In this document: piece by piece, positions 12,614-25,680 of the stretch
How the letters are laid out: each line of letters opens with the position of its first letter
Position numbering within the stretch: position 1 is the first letter of the stretch
NCBI RefSeq assembly: GCF_048593235.1
Contig: NC_133620.1
Span: 311,875,765-311,939,764, forward strand
Source of the DNA: Sminthopsis crassicaudata
Taxonomy: Eukaryota
Direction of reading: 5' to 3'
DNA: 64,000 nt
Translations under genes and position numbers: made by a program
The notes under the pieces: generated by a model
Told to the model about the DNA's origin: nothing
What the model saw: the letters and a program-made list of their open reading frames with translations, nothing else
Database searches by the model: none

Positions 12614-13889
12614 TTTTATCAGAAAAGGTGAGAAACCACTGTAATGCACATAGAGCCTTTTCTGATTATGCTTCCTCTTATCCCTGCATTTATTTTGTAT
12701 ATACTTTAGAGAGAAAGGGAGGGAAAAAAGGAGGGAGACAGAGGAACTTTATATATATATACATAAATGTACATGTTTCTCCATTCTGGTTCCCAATTAT
12801 CAGTTATGCAGCTACCTTAAAAGTAGATACTGGAGTTTTGTAGTTTTGTTGGGTTTGTTTGTTTGTTTGTTTGTTTTAATTTTTCTAGCCTCAGTACCTA
12901 GCATAGTATCTGGCACATAGTGCCAAAACAAAACAAAACAAAACCTTTTTAAATACTTGTTAATTGATAGATATTACTTATTTTTATTAGAATATAGACC
13001 TTTTTATTAGAATATAGGCCTTCTAGGACTAAAAACAACATTTGAATCTCAATTTTGAACTCAAGACATCTTATGACCTTTGTAATTCAAAGCTGGTGTG
13101 TTGCTCACAATTCTAAAATAATTTGAAGACAAAAGACAGAGTAATAATGGTCTTATTTTGTTGGTGAGGGGCAATTCCCAGAAAATTAGGTCCTAATTAA
13201 TACAGTTCTAGCTGTACCTTTGTAGATATGTAGCAACTCATATGAAGCATGGCTACTTACATGATCAGTATTACTTAAGCTACTCCTAGAAGAAGAATGC
13301 AGATGACAAGTATGACAATGTAAAAGAAAAACACTGGGAGGTGAGGTTTATATAGTACTGAAATTAAGTAATGCAAAAGACTTAGCTAAAACTTACTAAG
13401 CCTTTATATTTAAAAATTAATGTTAAAATGCTCATGTATACTCTATGATATCAGGGGACATTAATATTTTATTACATGACTAGACAAAATTGAGACTGTG
13501 ACTTAAAATAGTTTCATAAAACTACTTTTGTTTGAATGTTTGTGATCTGCAATAACTTCATCTTATCCTAGAAGTCTTTGAAGCTATATGAGACTCTTAT
13601 GATATAATATCCTAAGTTTATTTCTGACTTTTTCTTTTTACTTTGATAAACACTCTTAAGTTATAACTTTAATGCAAATTCAACAGTATTAAGTAATTCC
13701 TAGAACAATTTTCTGGAATTTGAATTTTCTGGAAGAGTTTCCAAAAATATGTTTAAAACTCAGACTTCTTATGTCAATGAAGTCTGTTTTTCTTTTCTGA
13801 TGCTATTTTACATTAAAAAAATCAAAAAAGAACAAGTTAAGAACATAACTCATATTGATGAAGTTTTAGATTGGGAGAATGGTTCAGAA

Positions 13890-14302
13890 TGTGACATACT
13901 CACAAAAGCATTCTCATAGCCAAAAGAAGTCCTTTATTTCATGAAAGGCATATGGACCTAACCAAAGAGGGGCTAGCGGAGGCTGAGAATGAAAAAGTCA
14001 TTACCTAAAACTCAGAGGTAGGGAGGGAGAAGGAAAGTAAGGGTGAGATCTAGAGAATTAGGGAGGAATCTAGAGGAATTAGGGAAGTTCTAGGGGAGAG
14101 GAAACTCAGCATTAAATTATGTCTATGTCAGCAAGTATAAGATGGGAATCCAGAAATAAGGATATAGTAATGCATGGTAAGGGGAGTACTTTCATTACAA
14201 AGAATATTATTAGACAAAGGTATGCTCTAGGGTGCCTGAGGGAAAGTCACTCAACCAGAGGGTCCTTGCTGATTGGTGGGAAGTTTAATAATGGGGGCTA
14301 AC
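13890..14302 (-). mobile_element. Possible solo LTR
   Basis: TG...CA termini and an AATAAA near the 3' end on the minus strand. No TSD recognised. Confidence 0.35.
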
Positions 14303-14789
14303 AATGACTTCCTTTCTTGACCAGGTCAAGTACTACTTTTGGGAATAATTCCCTGAATATAAAAATAATGGTTAGGGTTTGTTTTTTGTCTTTTTTTTTT
14401 GTCTCCTTATTTTGTATAAAAATCTAGAATCTTTAAAGCATTAAATATATTAAAATAGTTTAAATTATTGTTTTTAATAACTACATTTGATTTACATCTG
14501 CCAGAAGTTGCTCAGATCAGTACCAGACTAAACGTGTATATTTTGGACTTTCTAGAATCAATATTTAAATAAGTTGAGGAAGTATTTGCTATAATAGAAT
14601 ATTGAGATTAACACTGGAAGTCAGTTAAGTTTTCCACTATAATAGAACATTGAGAGTAATCTGATTTTCTTTAGAGTCAGTGACTATCCTCTCATTTGAA
14701 TTTAGTTTTTCTAACCCAGTAAGAGATATTTTTCTTGTCCGATTTCCTATTCTATTACTAATCATGATAGTATATAGATAACAATAATA

Positions 14790-15000
14790 TGGTGCTTCAA
14801 GATTTGCAAAGCACTATACACATGCTATCCCTTTTGATCCTCATAAAAATCCCACGAGATAGTTATTATTATATCCATTTTGTAGATGAGAAAATTGAGG
14901 CAGCCAAAAATTAAATGACTTGTGCAGTCACATGGCTAGTAAAGAATTTGAGGTAAGCCTTAAACTCAAGTTTTCCTGACTCTCTTAACCACTATGCCAC
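14790..15000 (-). mobile_element. MIR/Mar1 SINE
   Basis: ccattttgtagatgagaaaattgaggca...aaatgacttg core in reverse orientation. Confidence 0.75.
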
Positions 15001-15237
15001 TAGAATGAGCTGAGTTAGAAATAAAGTAGTTCTTGGAGTTTTTAATTGTGTTTTCCCTATAAGAATTGAGAGTATATATCTTAATGATGATAATAATACT
15101 GTGCATTTATAAAGCACTTTAAAGTTTGGAACTCTATAAATAATGTTTAAATTCATTTGATTTTCATAACAACCCTTGAGGCAGTTTCAGGGAATGGGGG
15201 AAAGGGCATGGAAGGGTGTGAAACATAGGTAGTACTA

Positions 15238-16677
15238 ATTTTTTTTTAATTTTTTAAAATTTAAAAAAAATTTTTTACAAAAATTTTATGCATAGGTAAT
15301 TTTTCAGCATTGACAATTGCAAAACCTTTTGTTCCAATTCTTCCCCTCCTTCCCCCTACCCCTTCCCCTAGATGGCAGGTTAACCAATACATCTTAAATA
15401 TGTTAAAGTATAAGTTAAATACAAAATATGTATATATGTCCAAACAATTATTTTACTGTACAAAAAGAATCGGACTTTGAAAGTGTATAATTACCCTGTG
15501 AAGGAAATCCAAAATGAAGGCGGACAAAAATAGAGGGATTGGGAATTCTATGTAGTGGTTCATAGTCATCTCCCAGAGTTCTTTCACTGGGTGTAACTGG
15601 TTCAGTTCATTAGTGCTCTATTGGAACTGATTTGGTTCATCTCATTGTTGAAGAGGCCCACGTCCATCAGAATTGATCATCATATAGTACTGTTGTTGAA
15701 GTATATAATGATCTCCTGGTCCTGATCATTTCACTCAGCATCAGTTCATGTAAGTCTCTCCAGGCCTCTCTGAAATCATCCTGCTGGTCATTTCTTACAG
15801 AACAATAATATTCCATAATATTCATATACCATAATTTATTCAGCCATCCTCCAATTGATGGGCATCCACTCAGTTTCCAGTTTCTGGCCACTACAAAGAG
15901 GGCTGCCACAAGCATTCTTGTACATACAGGACCCTTTCCCTTCTTTAAAATCTCTTTGAGATATAAGCCCAGTAGTAATGCTGCTGGATCAAAGTTTGAT
16001 AACGCTTTGAGTATAATTCCAAATTGCTCTCCAGAATGGCTAGATGTGTTCACAATTCCACCAACAATGTATCAGTGTCCCAATTTTCCCATATCCCCTC
16101 CAACATTCTGCATTATCTTTCCCTGTGATTCTAGCCAATCTAACAGGTGTGTAGTGGTATCTTAGAGTTGTCAATTTTCTATATGTTTTGGAAATGAGGC
16201 CTTTATCAGAACCTTTGATTGTAAAAATGTTTTTCCAGTTTATTGCTTTCCTTCTAATCTTATCTGCATTAGTTTTGTTTGTACAAAAACTTTTCAATTT
16301 GATATGATCAAATTTTTCTATTTTGTGATAAATAATGACCTCTAGTTCTTCTTTGGTCATAAATTCCTTCCTCTTCCACAGGTCTGAGAGGTAAACTATC
16401 CTATGCTCTTCTAATTTATTTATAATCTCATTCTTTATGCCTAGGTCATGAACCCATTTTGATCTGGTCTTGCTATACAGTGTTAAGTGTGTGTCCATGT
16501 CTAGTTTCTGCCATACTAATTTCCAATTTTCCCAGCAATTTTTGTCAAACAGTGAGTTTTTATCTCAAAAGCTGGAGTCTTTGGGTTTGTCAAACACTAG
16601 ATTATTAAAGTTATTGACTGTTTTGTCCTTTGAACCTAACCTATTCCACTGATCAACTATTTTATTTCTTAGCCAAT
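15238..16677 (-). mobile_element. 5'-truncated L1 inserted into a MIR
   Basis: ORF2 C-terminal fragments, 3'UTR and T tail. TSD acataggtagtacta (15223-15237) / acataggtattatta (16678-16692). The host MIR resumes at 16680-16820. Confidence 0.88.
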
Positions 16678-18316
16678 ACATAGGTATTATTATTATCCCC
16701 ATTTTACAGATGAGGAAATGGAGGCAGGCAGAAGTTATATGACTTGCCCAGAATCACACAGTTCATATATACATCTGTGTCTGAGATTTGTACTCAGGTC
16801 ATCCTGACTACAGTTTCAGTGCTGTATCCATTACATTACCTATTTTGATAAGAGTTGTGAATGTTCTACTTTAAACAGTAGAGGAATAAGTATGTTTTCT
16901 CTGAAACTCCACCTATGATTCCCCTTCCTTTAAGTAATATAAACTGCTAACTGGATATAAAACTCAAACTAATACTAAACATATCTCCTGTAGCTTCTAT
17001 GAACAGTGTCATAGAACACTGAACAAGGGATATTACTAGAACTTTGGAATATAAAAGTAAGGGAATATTTTTTTTTCCCTATTTGGTTAATTTTAAGAAA
17101 AATAGATCCCTGGTCTAGGGCCAAGATGTTTCTGAGTTAAAGATAAAGAGATACTTTGTCCATCTTTCTTTTTCCAACAATGAACTGTGTGGACAAGGTC
17201 AGTTGCTTCTTAATCAGCTATCCCTTGAGTTTTTGTATGCAAGATGATAAGAACTGAGAAGTAAAATGCTACCATAGTTTCTCCCAAATTTTTGTCAGAT
17301 TCAGAGAAAAGTACTCTAGTCTGATTTATGTTTAGCTGCTTAGAATCTACTGATTCTAAGATATGCAGAGATTTATGAGAGCACAGAGTTCTCTCATGTA
17401 TCATAATCTTTCTAGACAGTAGCCAGAAAACGCAAAGTATCTTTCACTTAGATAAAATTATTCTTTTTTTGTAAAAGTTTACTTAAGTACTTTCATTTTA
17501 AAGCTCATAATGATCACTGGCCTGTGGAAATCTCCAAAAGACAAGGAATCTAACTTTTGTAGTTAAAAAAAAATTAAAAGATCAATTAAAGACCTTAAAA
17601 CAATATTAATAATAATTACTTGTTCAATCATCTTCAAAATGAGAGTTCCCTATGACCAATGTGTATTATATTTCAGAAAATTTGTACTTTGTGATTTGTG
17701 TATTTTTACCTGGCAAGAATGAAAATTGTGGATGTGCTCTGCACAAAGACTTTGAATTTTATGATTTTAAGTGCTTAGGTTAGAATCTCCAACTTAAACA
17801 CAAATAGTCTTGAGATTGATAAAATAATATTAACAATCTGCCAAAATCTGTGTCTCCAGGATAGATGTGTAAGCAGTTGGAATGGAAAATATAGTTTCAG
17901 AGGACTAAATTTTGTCATTAAAAATTCAGTTCCCTCAAAAAAATGCATGTGTATCTATTTGGAAACATAATGTCTCCTCTTAAAATTGCCTAAATATTGA
18001 AGATGTCTGTATTTTGATATATTGAAAAATCTCATAAAATATAAACATTTCTATGAAAAGAGAAAATGTTTTATAACTTGAAGCCTGAAAATAATGTACA
18101 TATATCCACATACATGTGACATTTATATATTTGGAAGTGAATTTATCTAAATAGTTTCTCTATATATACAGAAGATAAAAATATTAGAGGCTTTTCCCTC
18201 TCCATTATCCCCAGAATGAGAAGATGATAATTCTATGGTAGTTTGAGTGATTTTTGTGAAGTAAAATAATATTGTAAATACATAGCTGATACTTGAGACC
18301 TATATCTCTAGAGCTT

Positions 18317-18480
18317 TATACTTTAACATATTTAACATGTATTGGTCAACCTGCCATCTGGGGGAGGGGGTTGGGGGGGGAAGAAGGGGAAAAATTGGAA
18401 CAAAAGGTTTGGCAATTGTCAATGCTGTAAAATTACCCATGCATATATCTGGTAAATAAAAACTATAATTAAAAAAAAAA
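18317..18480 (+). mobile_element. L1 3' end with poly(A)
   Basis: gtattggtcaacctgccatctggggg...aaaattacccatgcatatatctggtaaataaaaac plus A tail. Confidence 0.85.
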
Positions 18481-18509
18481 GTCCTTCATAACCTAGCCAG
18501 TCTTCTTTT

Positions 18510-19590
18510 TTAAAAATAATTTTAATAAGTTTCTTTATTTTTCTAAAAACATGCAAACATAGTTTTTAACATTCACCTTTGCAAAACCTTGTGTTGCACA
18601 TTTTTCTTCCTCTGTTCTCCCTACCCCCTCCCACAGACAGGAAGCTAATCTAATACAGATTAAACCTGTGCATTTTTTCTAAACATATTTCCATATTCAT
18701 TATATCGCACGTGATAAATCAGATCAAAAGATGAAAGAAAAAAATCGTGAGAAAAAATAAGCAAACAAACAATAATAAAGAAAATATCATGTTTTGATCC
18801 ACATTTAGTCTCCATAGTTCTCTCTCTGGATGCAGATGGCTCTTTCCATCACAAGTCTATTACAAATGCCTTGAATCACCTCATTATTGAAAAGAGCCAA
18901 ATCCAATCCAATTGATCACCTCATAATCTTGTTAATGTGTTCTGCTCACTTCACTCAACATCAGTTCATGTAAGTCTTTCTAGGCTTTCTGAAATCAGCC
19001 TATTCGTCATTTCTTATAGAAAAATAATATTCCATAACATTCATTATGCCATATGATACTCCCTAACTGATGGACATCCACCATGTAGGTCCTTTTCCCT
19101 TTTTTTATCATCTATTTGGAATACAGACTCAATAGACACTGCTGGATCAAAGGATGTGCACAATTTGATAGCTTTTTGGGCATAGTTTTAAATTGCTCTC
19201 CAGAATGATTGGATCAATTCACAATTCTACCATCGATGTATTATTAGTGTTCCAGTTTTTCTACCTTCCCTCCAACTTTTTTCATTATCTTTTCTTGCTA
19301 TCTTAGCCAATCTTAGAGGTGTGAAATGATACCTCAGAGTTGTCTTAATTTGCATTTCTCTAAGCAATAGTGATTTAGAGAATTTTTTTTCATATGATTA
19401 GAAATGATTTTAATTTCATCATCTGAAAATTGTCTGTTCATATCCTTTGACCATTTGTCAATTGGGGAATGACTTATGTTCTTTTAAATTAGAGTGAATT
19501 CTCAATATATTTTAGAAATAAGGCCTTTATTAGAAACAATGCATGTAAAAATTTTCCCCTGGCTTTCTGTTTTTCTTCTAATCCTTCTAG
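18510..19590 (-). mobile_element. Older L1 3' fragment
   Basis: Colinear with the 3'UTR and ORF2 end of the L1 at 3601-4750. Confidence 0.85.
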
Positions 19591-19900
19591 CCAGTCTTCT
19601 TATACTTTATTCCCTCCTACACATATTTTGGGATTCAGTGATACTGGCCTCCCAATTGTTTCTCAAACATAACACTCTACCTTTTAACTCCAGGAATTTT
19701 CACTGGCTGTCCCCTTATACCTGGAATTCTCTCCCTCCTCATTCATTTTTGCTTCCTGGCTTTCTTCCATTCTCAATTAAAGTATTACCATCTACAAGAA
19801 GCCTTTCCTGATCACCCTCAATACCTTTCCTCTGTGTTTATCACCAATTTATCTTGTATATGTCCTATTTGTACATAGCTGTTTATATGTTATCTCCATT
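19590..19900 (+). mobile_element. L2 fragment
   Basis: actggctgtccccttatacctggaattctctccct...aagaagcctttcctga, L2 3' region. Confidence 0.7.
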
Positions 19901-19977
19901 GAGAGGTTAAGTGACTTGGGTATCCCAGCTATTATGTGTTAGAGGCAACAATGAGTCTCTCTTCAAGGATGATTCTA

Positions 19978-20582
19978 TGTAGAGGGTCACAGAAAGTGGG
20001 AAACTCTGGGTGAGGTATAAGACCCTACAGCCCAGAGGGAACCTGCTAACAATGTCTGGTTTGGCTCCCCATATCTTGTAAGGGCTCTCAGCCTTCCTGA
20101 GAAGTGGGGGAGGGAGTTTGGGTTGGGGAGATGGTCACAACCTGTGTTGTGATTGAAGCAGATTGATACCAGGTGGAAGAGTGATATAAAGTGGCAAAAA
20201 GTGATACTAGGTGGCAAGCTACATACAATAGCAAGCTGTTTATGTGGTCCCATGTGCGAAGTATACACTTAGCACAAGCCCAGTGTTATTTTTGTTACAT
20301 AAGGGTATGAGAGTGTAAAAAGGGGGAAAGCCCTTGTAATAAATGGACTCCATATTTCCACCATCCTCAGGAGTCCTGCCCTATCACTTCTCCACTAGGA
20401 TGGTATATTTTAATCACCCCAGCATGAGGGGCTCTAAAAAGCAATGGTATGTTTTGTCGCCCCAACTTGGGGGCTCTAGAAAGCAGGACACAATATTTTA
20501 ATCACCCCAATGTGGGAGTTCTAGAAAGCAATGGTACATTTTGTCACCCCAACCTGGGGGCTCTAGAAAGCAGGACACAACA
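19978..20582 (+). mobile_element. ERV solo LTR (family B) with a repeated U5
   Basis: TGTAGAGG...ACACAACA termini. 6-bp TSD attcta/attcca. AATAAA at about 20339. Internal tandem repeat of about 88 bp at 20406-20580. Confidence 0.85.
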
Positions 20583-21151
20583 ATTCCATACTACACCATA
20601 CTGCCTATCTCTAGCTTAGACAATACACCTAGTAAAGGAGGAGACTGAAGATACAGTTCTAGTAGTTTCCAAAAATCTTAGAACTCATTTATTACTGATT
20701 CCAAGAGGCTTGTGATATATGCTGTCCAAGGTTGTTACTGTATCAAGTTCTGGACAGGATTAAGCAGACAGATGGGGAGCATGACCTATCTTTGAATGAG
20801 TCCAAGTGTTTTGCAAAAATCCAATCCCTGCTCGTTGCCAGTCTCAAAATCAGCCTTATGGTCAGTATCCTAGGATCCAAGTTACTTAAGGTTAAATTTG
20901 TCAAATGGCAACTTCTGTCTACGCCTGGTGCATAAAATCTTCACAATTTAATAGATCTTTAAGATCACAGGTAATATCCCAGGTGCTTCTTCTCATTTAC
21001 TACTATGATGTTTTAAATTTGTTTTGATATAATGTTTATGCACCTACCTTTAAATATGTGTAAAGTATACAATTAAGATTCTTTGCCCCAAGAGCTCAGG
21101 ATCTCTTTTTCTAATGGATTATTATGAATCAAGTGAGATTAAATTATGAAT

Positions 21152-21969
21152 TGGGGAGATTGCAGAGGCCCAATGCATAGGATGCAGGTCCTCAGGAAAA
21201 CCTGAGTTCAAATCCCACCTCAGACACTTACTAGCTGTGTGACTCTGGGCTGTTAGGATTATTACTAGGTGCTAAATCAGTTGTCTGGTACTTAACAATT
21301 CTCTAGTTCAGAGTTCACACCTTTAAAGGAGTTCAAACCTTTAAAGGAGTTTATACCTTTAAAGGACTTCACTCATTGGTTCTTTAAGGAACTCCCACAA
21401 GCCATGGGAGTATCCACAAACCCATTCTCTGGGAAGATATAAGGAGCCAACATTGAGTGGGGAAGTCTGCCTGGAAGGAGTCTGGAATGAGTCAAGGGGA
21501 GAACTTCAGGGAAGCTTGAGGAGATTCAGAGAGCCAGGATTCAGTGGATTCGCAAGTCCCGCAGATTCACAAGTCTAAAGGAAAAGCCTGCTCACAGACT
21601 TCCGGAAGATTCACAACTAGGACTGACTTCTGGGAAACCCATAATCCTACACTCTAGGAGACAGTCAAGATTTCATTCCCACTTCTATGTTCATGCTGGC
21701 TGGAGGCTTTGGATTCAGAGGGAGCTGGAGAGATTTGGAAAGAGATAGTAAAGGACTTTAACTCCTGGCTACATTTTGGGATGATTGAACTGAACTGAAA
21801 GGAAGGCTGCCTCCCCAGAAGCTCCCCAAAAGATCTCCTCCCAGAGAAGATTACAATCTAGAGAAACAGAACATCACACTGGGCAAATCACTTAATCCTG
21901 TTTGCCTCAGCTTTCTCATCTGTAAAATGAGCTAGAAAAGGATATGGCAAACCACTCCAGTATCTTTTC

Positions 21970-22007
<38 letters not shown>

Positions 22008-22050
22008 AAAAAATAAAAGGGATCACAAAGAATCTGCTGTGACTACTAAC
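21152..22050 (+). mobile_element. Mar1-type SINE split by an LTR insertion
   Basis: Head and core at 21152-21250, resuming at 21879 with an RTE-like tail (atggcaaaccactccagtatc) and an expanded A run at about 21971-22004. Confidence 0.8.
21251..21878 (+). mobile_element. ERV solo LTR (family A)
   Basis: TGTTAGG...CATCACA termini. Perfect 6-bp TSD CTGGGC (21245-21250 / 21879-21884). Confidence 0.92.
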
Positions 22051-22414
22051 AATTAAACAATAAACGGCAGAGGGTTCTGAATCTTATCCAGAAACACAGT
22101 AAATAGAGCAATGGGCTTTTAGAGTTAGGAAAAAGAGTTCAAATCTTGAATTGTAAAATGGGTACTTGTGCAAATCATATGAGATAATATTTGTGACATG
22201 TTTAGCACAGTACCTTCCCCTTCTCCAAAGAATAATAATGGACAAATTTTATTTGGTAATTCCCTTCTGCAAAATGTCAAGTACAATGATTGTCTCAAAA
22301 AGGAAGCAAAGATGAGGAATACCTAATTTGCAACAAAACAAAATAGTATAATAATTCTTTCCCCACCTTTTAATTATACTAGGTACTCAGGAAAAAAAAA
22401 GACTTTTAGAACAG

Positions 22415-22995
22415 TCGGTGCACACTTTCCTTTTCTCTTTCTTATTTTTTTTTTTTTGCTTTGTAATTGATAATTTATTTTATAAGTTGGCTACACTGTC
22501 TTATCTTTTGTTTTTATTTTTTCCCAGTAAATTTCTTTTTAATACACATTACTTTATGAATCATATTAGGAGAGAAAAATCAGAGAAAAAGGGGAAAATC
22601 ATGGGAAATTTTAAAAAACCGCACACAAAAAAGAAGTGAAAATATAGCATGTGTTGCATTACATTCAGTCTTCTTAGTTCTTTTTCTGGATACAGATGGC
22701 ATTTTCTTTCCAAAATTTATTGGGATTCCTTTAGAGCCACTGAAAAGAACCATTGCACTTCTTGCTGATATTGTATACAATGTAATCCTGGTTCTGCTTG
22801 TTTCACTCAGCAGCATATTAAATCTTTCCAGGCCTTTCTAAAATCAGTTTTTTCTTCATTTTTTATAGAACAATAATATTCCACTACCTTCATATACCAC
22901 AACTTATTCAGCCATTCCCCAATTGATGGGCATCTACTCATTTTCCAGTTCTTTGCTACCACAAAAAAAAAAAACTGCTACAAACATTTTTCATA
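22415..22995 (-). mobile_element. L1 3' fragment
   Basis: tcagccattccccaattgatgggcat... matches the L1 ORF2 end and 3'UTR. Confidence 0.8.
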
Positions 22996-23874
22996 GTGCA
23001 TATTTTCCAACAAAATCTGCAGGAGAAATACATACTTAATAAAATTAATAAGGCCATGCTCCCACAAAACAATAAATATAAAAGAATTATTCCTTATACC
23101 CATCTTTAGAATTAGGAGAAAGGAAAGAACTCTGAAATAGTAACTACCCCTGCAGAAAATTAGTCATGTGAGGGCACTTTCTGATACTTATTATATGAAA
23201 AATAAATGGATCCATGCAGAAAAGCTTTTTTTTTTTTTTTTAAATGCTAGGATATTTATTTTCCACCAAATTCCTGAAAACACTTGACCTTTTCCTAGTT
23301 TATATGGAAGGTTAAAATGAGTCCAATAAGTAGTTATAATAAAGCTAGCTGAATTGCCTGATCTGAGGAGCACTAGCACATACCAGTGCCAGCCCATCAG
23401 ATGAAAAACAACAACAACAACAACAATTCTCTCTTGAACTTCAGCTTCCTTACCTTAAGGATGGGATCTAAGGCATCAGAGAGAAAAGTAATTCTATAAA
23501 AATTTCTTCCAGCTGTTCTGTTAAAACAAAGTACATAATGGACATTCTATAGACAATACTCAAAATATCATTAACTACAACATCCTGGCATGCTTAAGAG
23601 AATTGAGAGAAGGCAAAATATGAGAAACAAATTCTGGATCAATACATTTTTAGCTTTGGCTATAAAATTCATTAATGAGTAGTATAGACTTTAAAGATTC
23701 AAAAGATAAAGATTTCCAATTTAAAAATCTACAAGTACCCTAAAGCTAGTCAACAAGATTCTTAGAAGGTTAGTACTCCCTATGTGACTTATTCAGATAT
23801 CAAATACTTACTTTAAAATATTAAAAAAGTATTAATCAGATATTACTTCATACTTATCATATTGAAAGAAGAGA

Positions 23875-24720
23875 AAAATGAAAACTGCTAGAGGCAGATG
23901 GGGAAAATAGGCACACTAATGCACTGTTGTGGAGTTGTGAACTAGTCAAATCATTCTAGAAAGCAATTTGAAAATATGCCCCTCCCCCAATTACTAAACT
24001 TTTGTTTTATTAAACAAAGGGTCCTAGTAGAGCCCCTTTGACCCTACTAAGTCTATACTCTAAGGAGAAAAATGAAAAAGATAAAGAGCTGACATGTACA
24101 AAAGTATTTATAGCAACTCTTCTGGGAGTAAAAGATTTGAAAACTGAGGGAATACCCATCAATTGGGGACTGGCTAAACAAGTTCTAGCATGTGAATTTG
24201 ATAGAATACCATTGTGCTATAAGAAATGATGCAGAGAATGGTTTCAGAAAAGTTTAAGAATTATAAATTGATGCAAAGTACAGTGAGCAGAAGCAAGAGA
24301 AAAAGTTACATAGTAACAAAAATCCTGTATAGATAGTCACTAATAAACACCATGACTCATCATAGTTCAACGGACTCATGATGAGAAATATTGTCTTCTT
24401 ACAGTAAAATGATAGACTCAGAGAGTAAATTGAAACTTTTTTTTCTTTCTTCTTCTTGTTTCCAGAACATAGGTAATATAAAAATTTGTTTTAAGTAACT
24501 TCATATTTGTAATGGGATTTGTATTTTCAACTTTCATTTTATTTAATAACATTTCATTTTTCTCCAAATGCATGTAAATTTTGACATTTTTTTTCAATTT
24601 TGAGTTCCAAATTCTTCTCTCCTCCCTCCTTCCTGAGATGGCAAATAATTATATATGTTATACATGTACAATCATACCTTCTTGATGATGGGAAAAAGAG
24701 TAAGGAAGAGAATCTGGAAT
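23875..24720 (+). mobile_element. Old L1 3' fragment
   Basis: Decayed ORF2 C-terminus (LLSLYSKE..TCTKVFIATL) and 3'UTR. Confidence 0.75.
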
Positions 24721-24744
24721 TGAAAATAAGATAAACTATTGATC

Positions 24745-25680
24745 AGAGAAATGCAAATTAAGACAACTCAGATATCACTACATCTCTCAGATTGGCTAAA
24801 ATGAGACAGAAAAAGATAATGACAAACGTTTAAGGGGATGTGGGAAAATTGGGACACTATACATTGTTAGTGTTACTGTGAATGTATCCAGCCATTCTGG
24901 AGAGCAATTTGGAACTATGCTCAAAAAATTATCAAACTGTGTTTACCCTTTGATCCAACAATGTTTCTATTGAGCCTATATTCCAAAGAGATCTTTAAAA
25001 AAGGAAAGGGATCCACATGTGCAAAAATGTTTGTGGCAGCCCTTTTTATAGCGGCAAGGAACTGGAAACTGAGTGGATGCCCACTAGTTGGAGAATGGCT
25101 GAATAAGTTATGGTATGTGAATGTTATGGAGTATTATTATTCTATAAGAAACGATCAGAATGATGATTTTAGAGAGGCCTGGAGAGAGTTACATGAACAA
25201 TGCTAAGTGAAATGAGCAGAATCAGGAGATTATTATACATAGCAAATTATACGATGAATGTGAGTCTTTCTAGCACTGAGATGATTGATGTCAGTTCCAA
25301 TGATCTTATAATGAAGAAAGCCATCTACATCCACAGAGGGGACTGTGGGAACTGAATGTGGATCACAAACATAACAATCTCACTCTTTTTGTTGTTGTTC
25401 ATTTGCATTTTGTTTTCTTACTCATTTACTTTCCTTTTTTTATCTGATTTTTCTTGTGCAGCAAGAGAATTGTACAAATGTTTACACATATTGGATTTAA
25501 CATATATTTGAACATGCATAACATATATTGGATTGTTTGCCATCTAGGGAAGGGGATGGAGGGAAGGAGAGGAAAATCTGAAACACAAGACTATGAAAGG
25601 GTCAATATTGAAAAATTATCCATGCATATGTTTTGAAAATAAAAACATTTAAAAATTTAAAAAAGAAAATAAGAGAAATT
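24745..25680 (+). mobile_element. L1 3' fragment
   Basis: KMFVAALFIAARNWKLSGCP..EWLNKLWY, 3'UTR and A-rich tail. Confidence 0.85.

Noticed and set aside
20406-20582. CRISPR-like repeat array
   Set aside because: Eukaryotic context, no unique spacers, no cas genes. It is a tandem duplication within an LTR.
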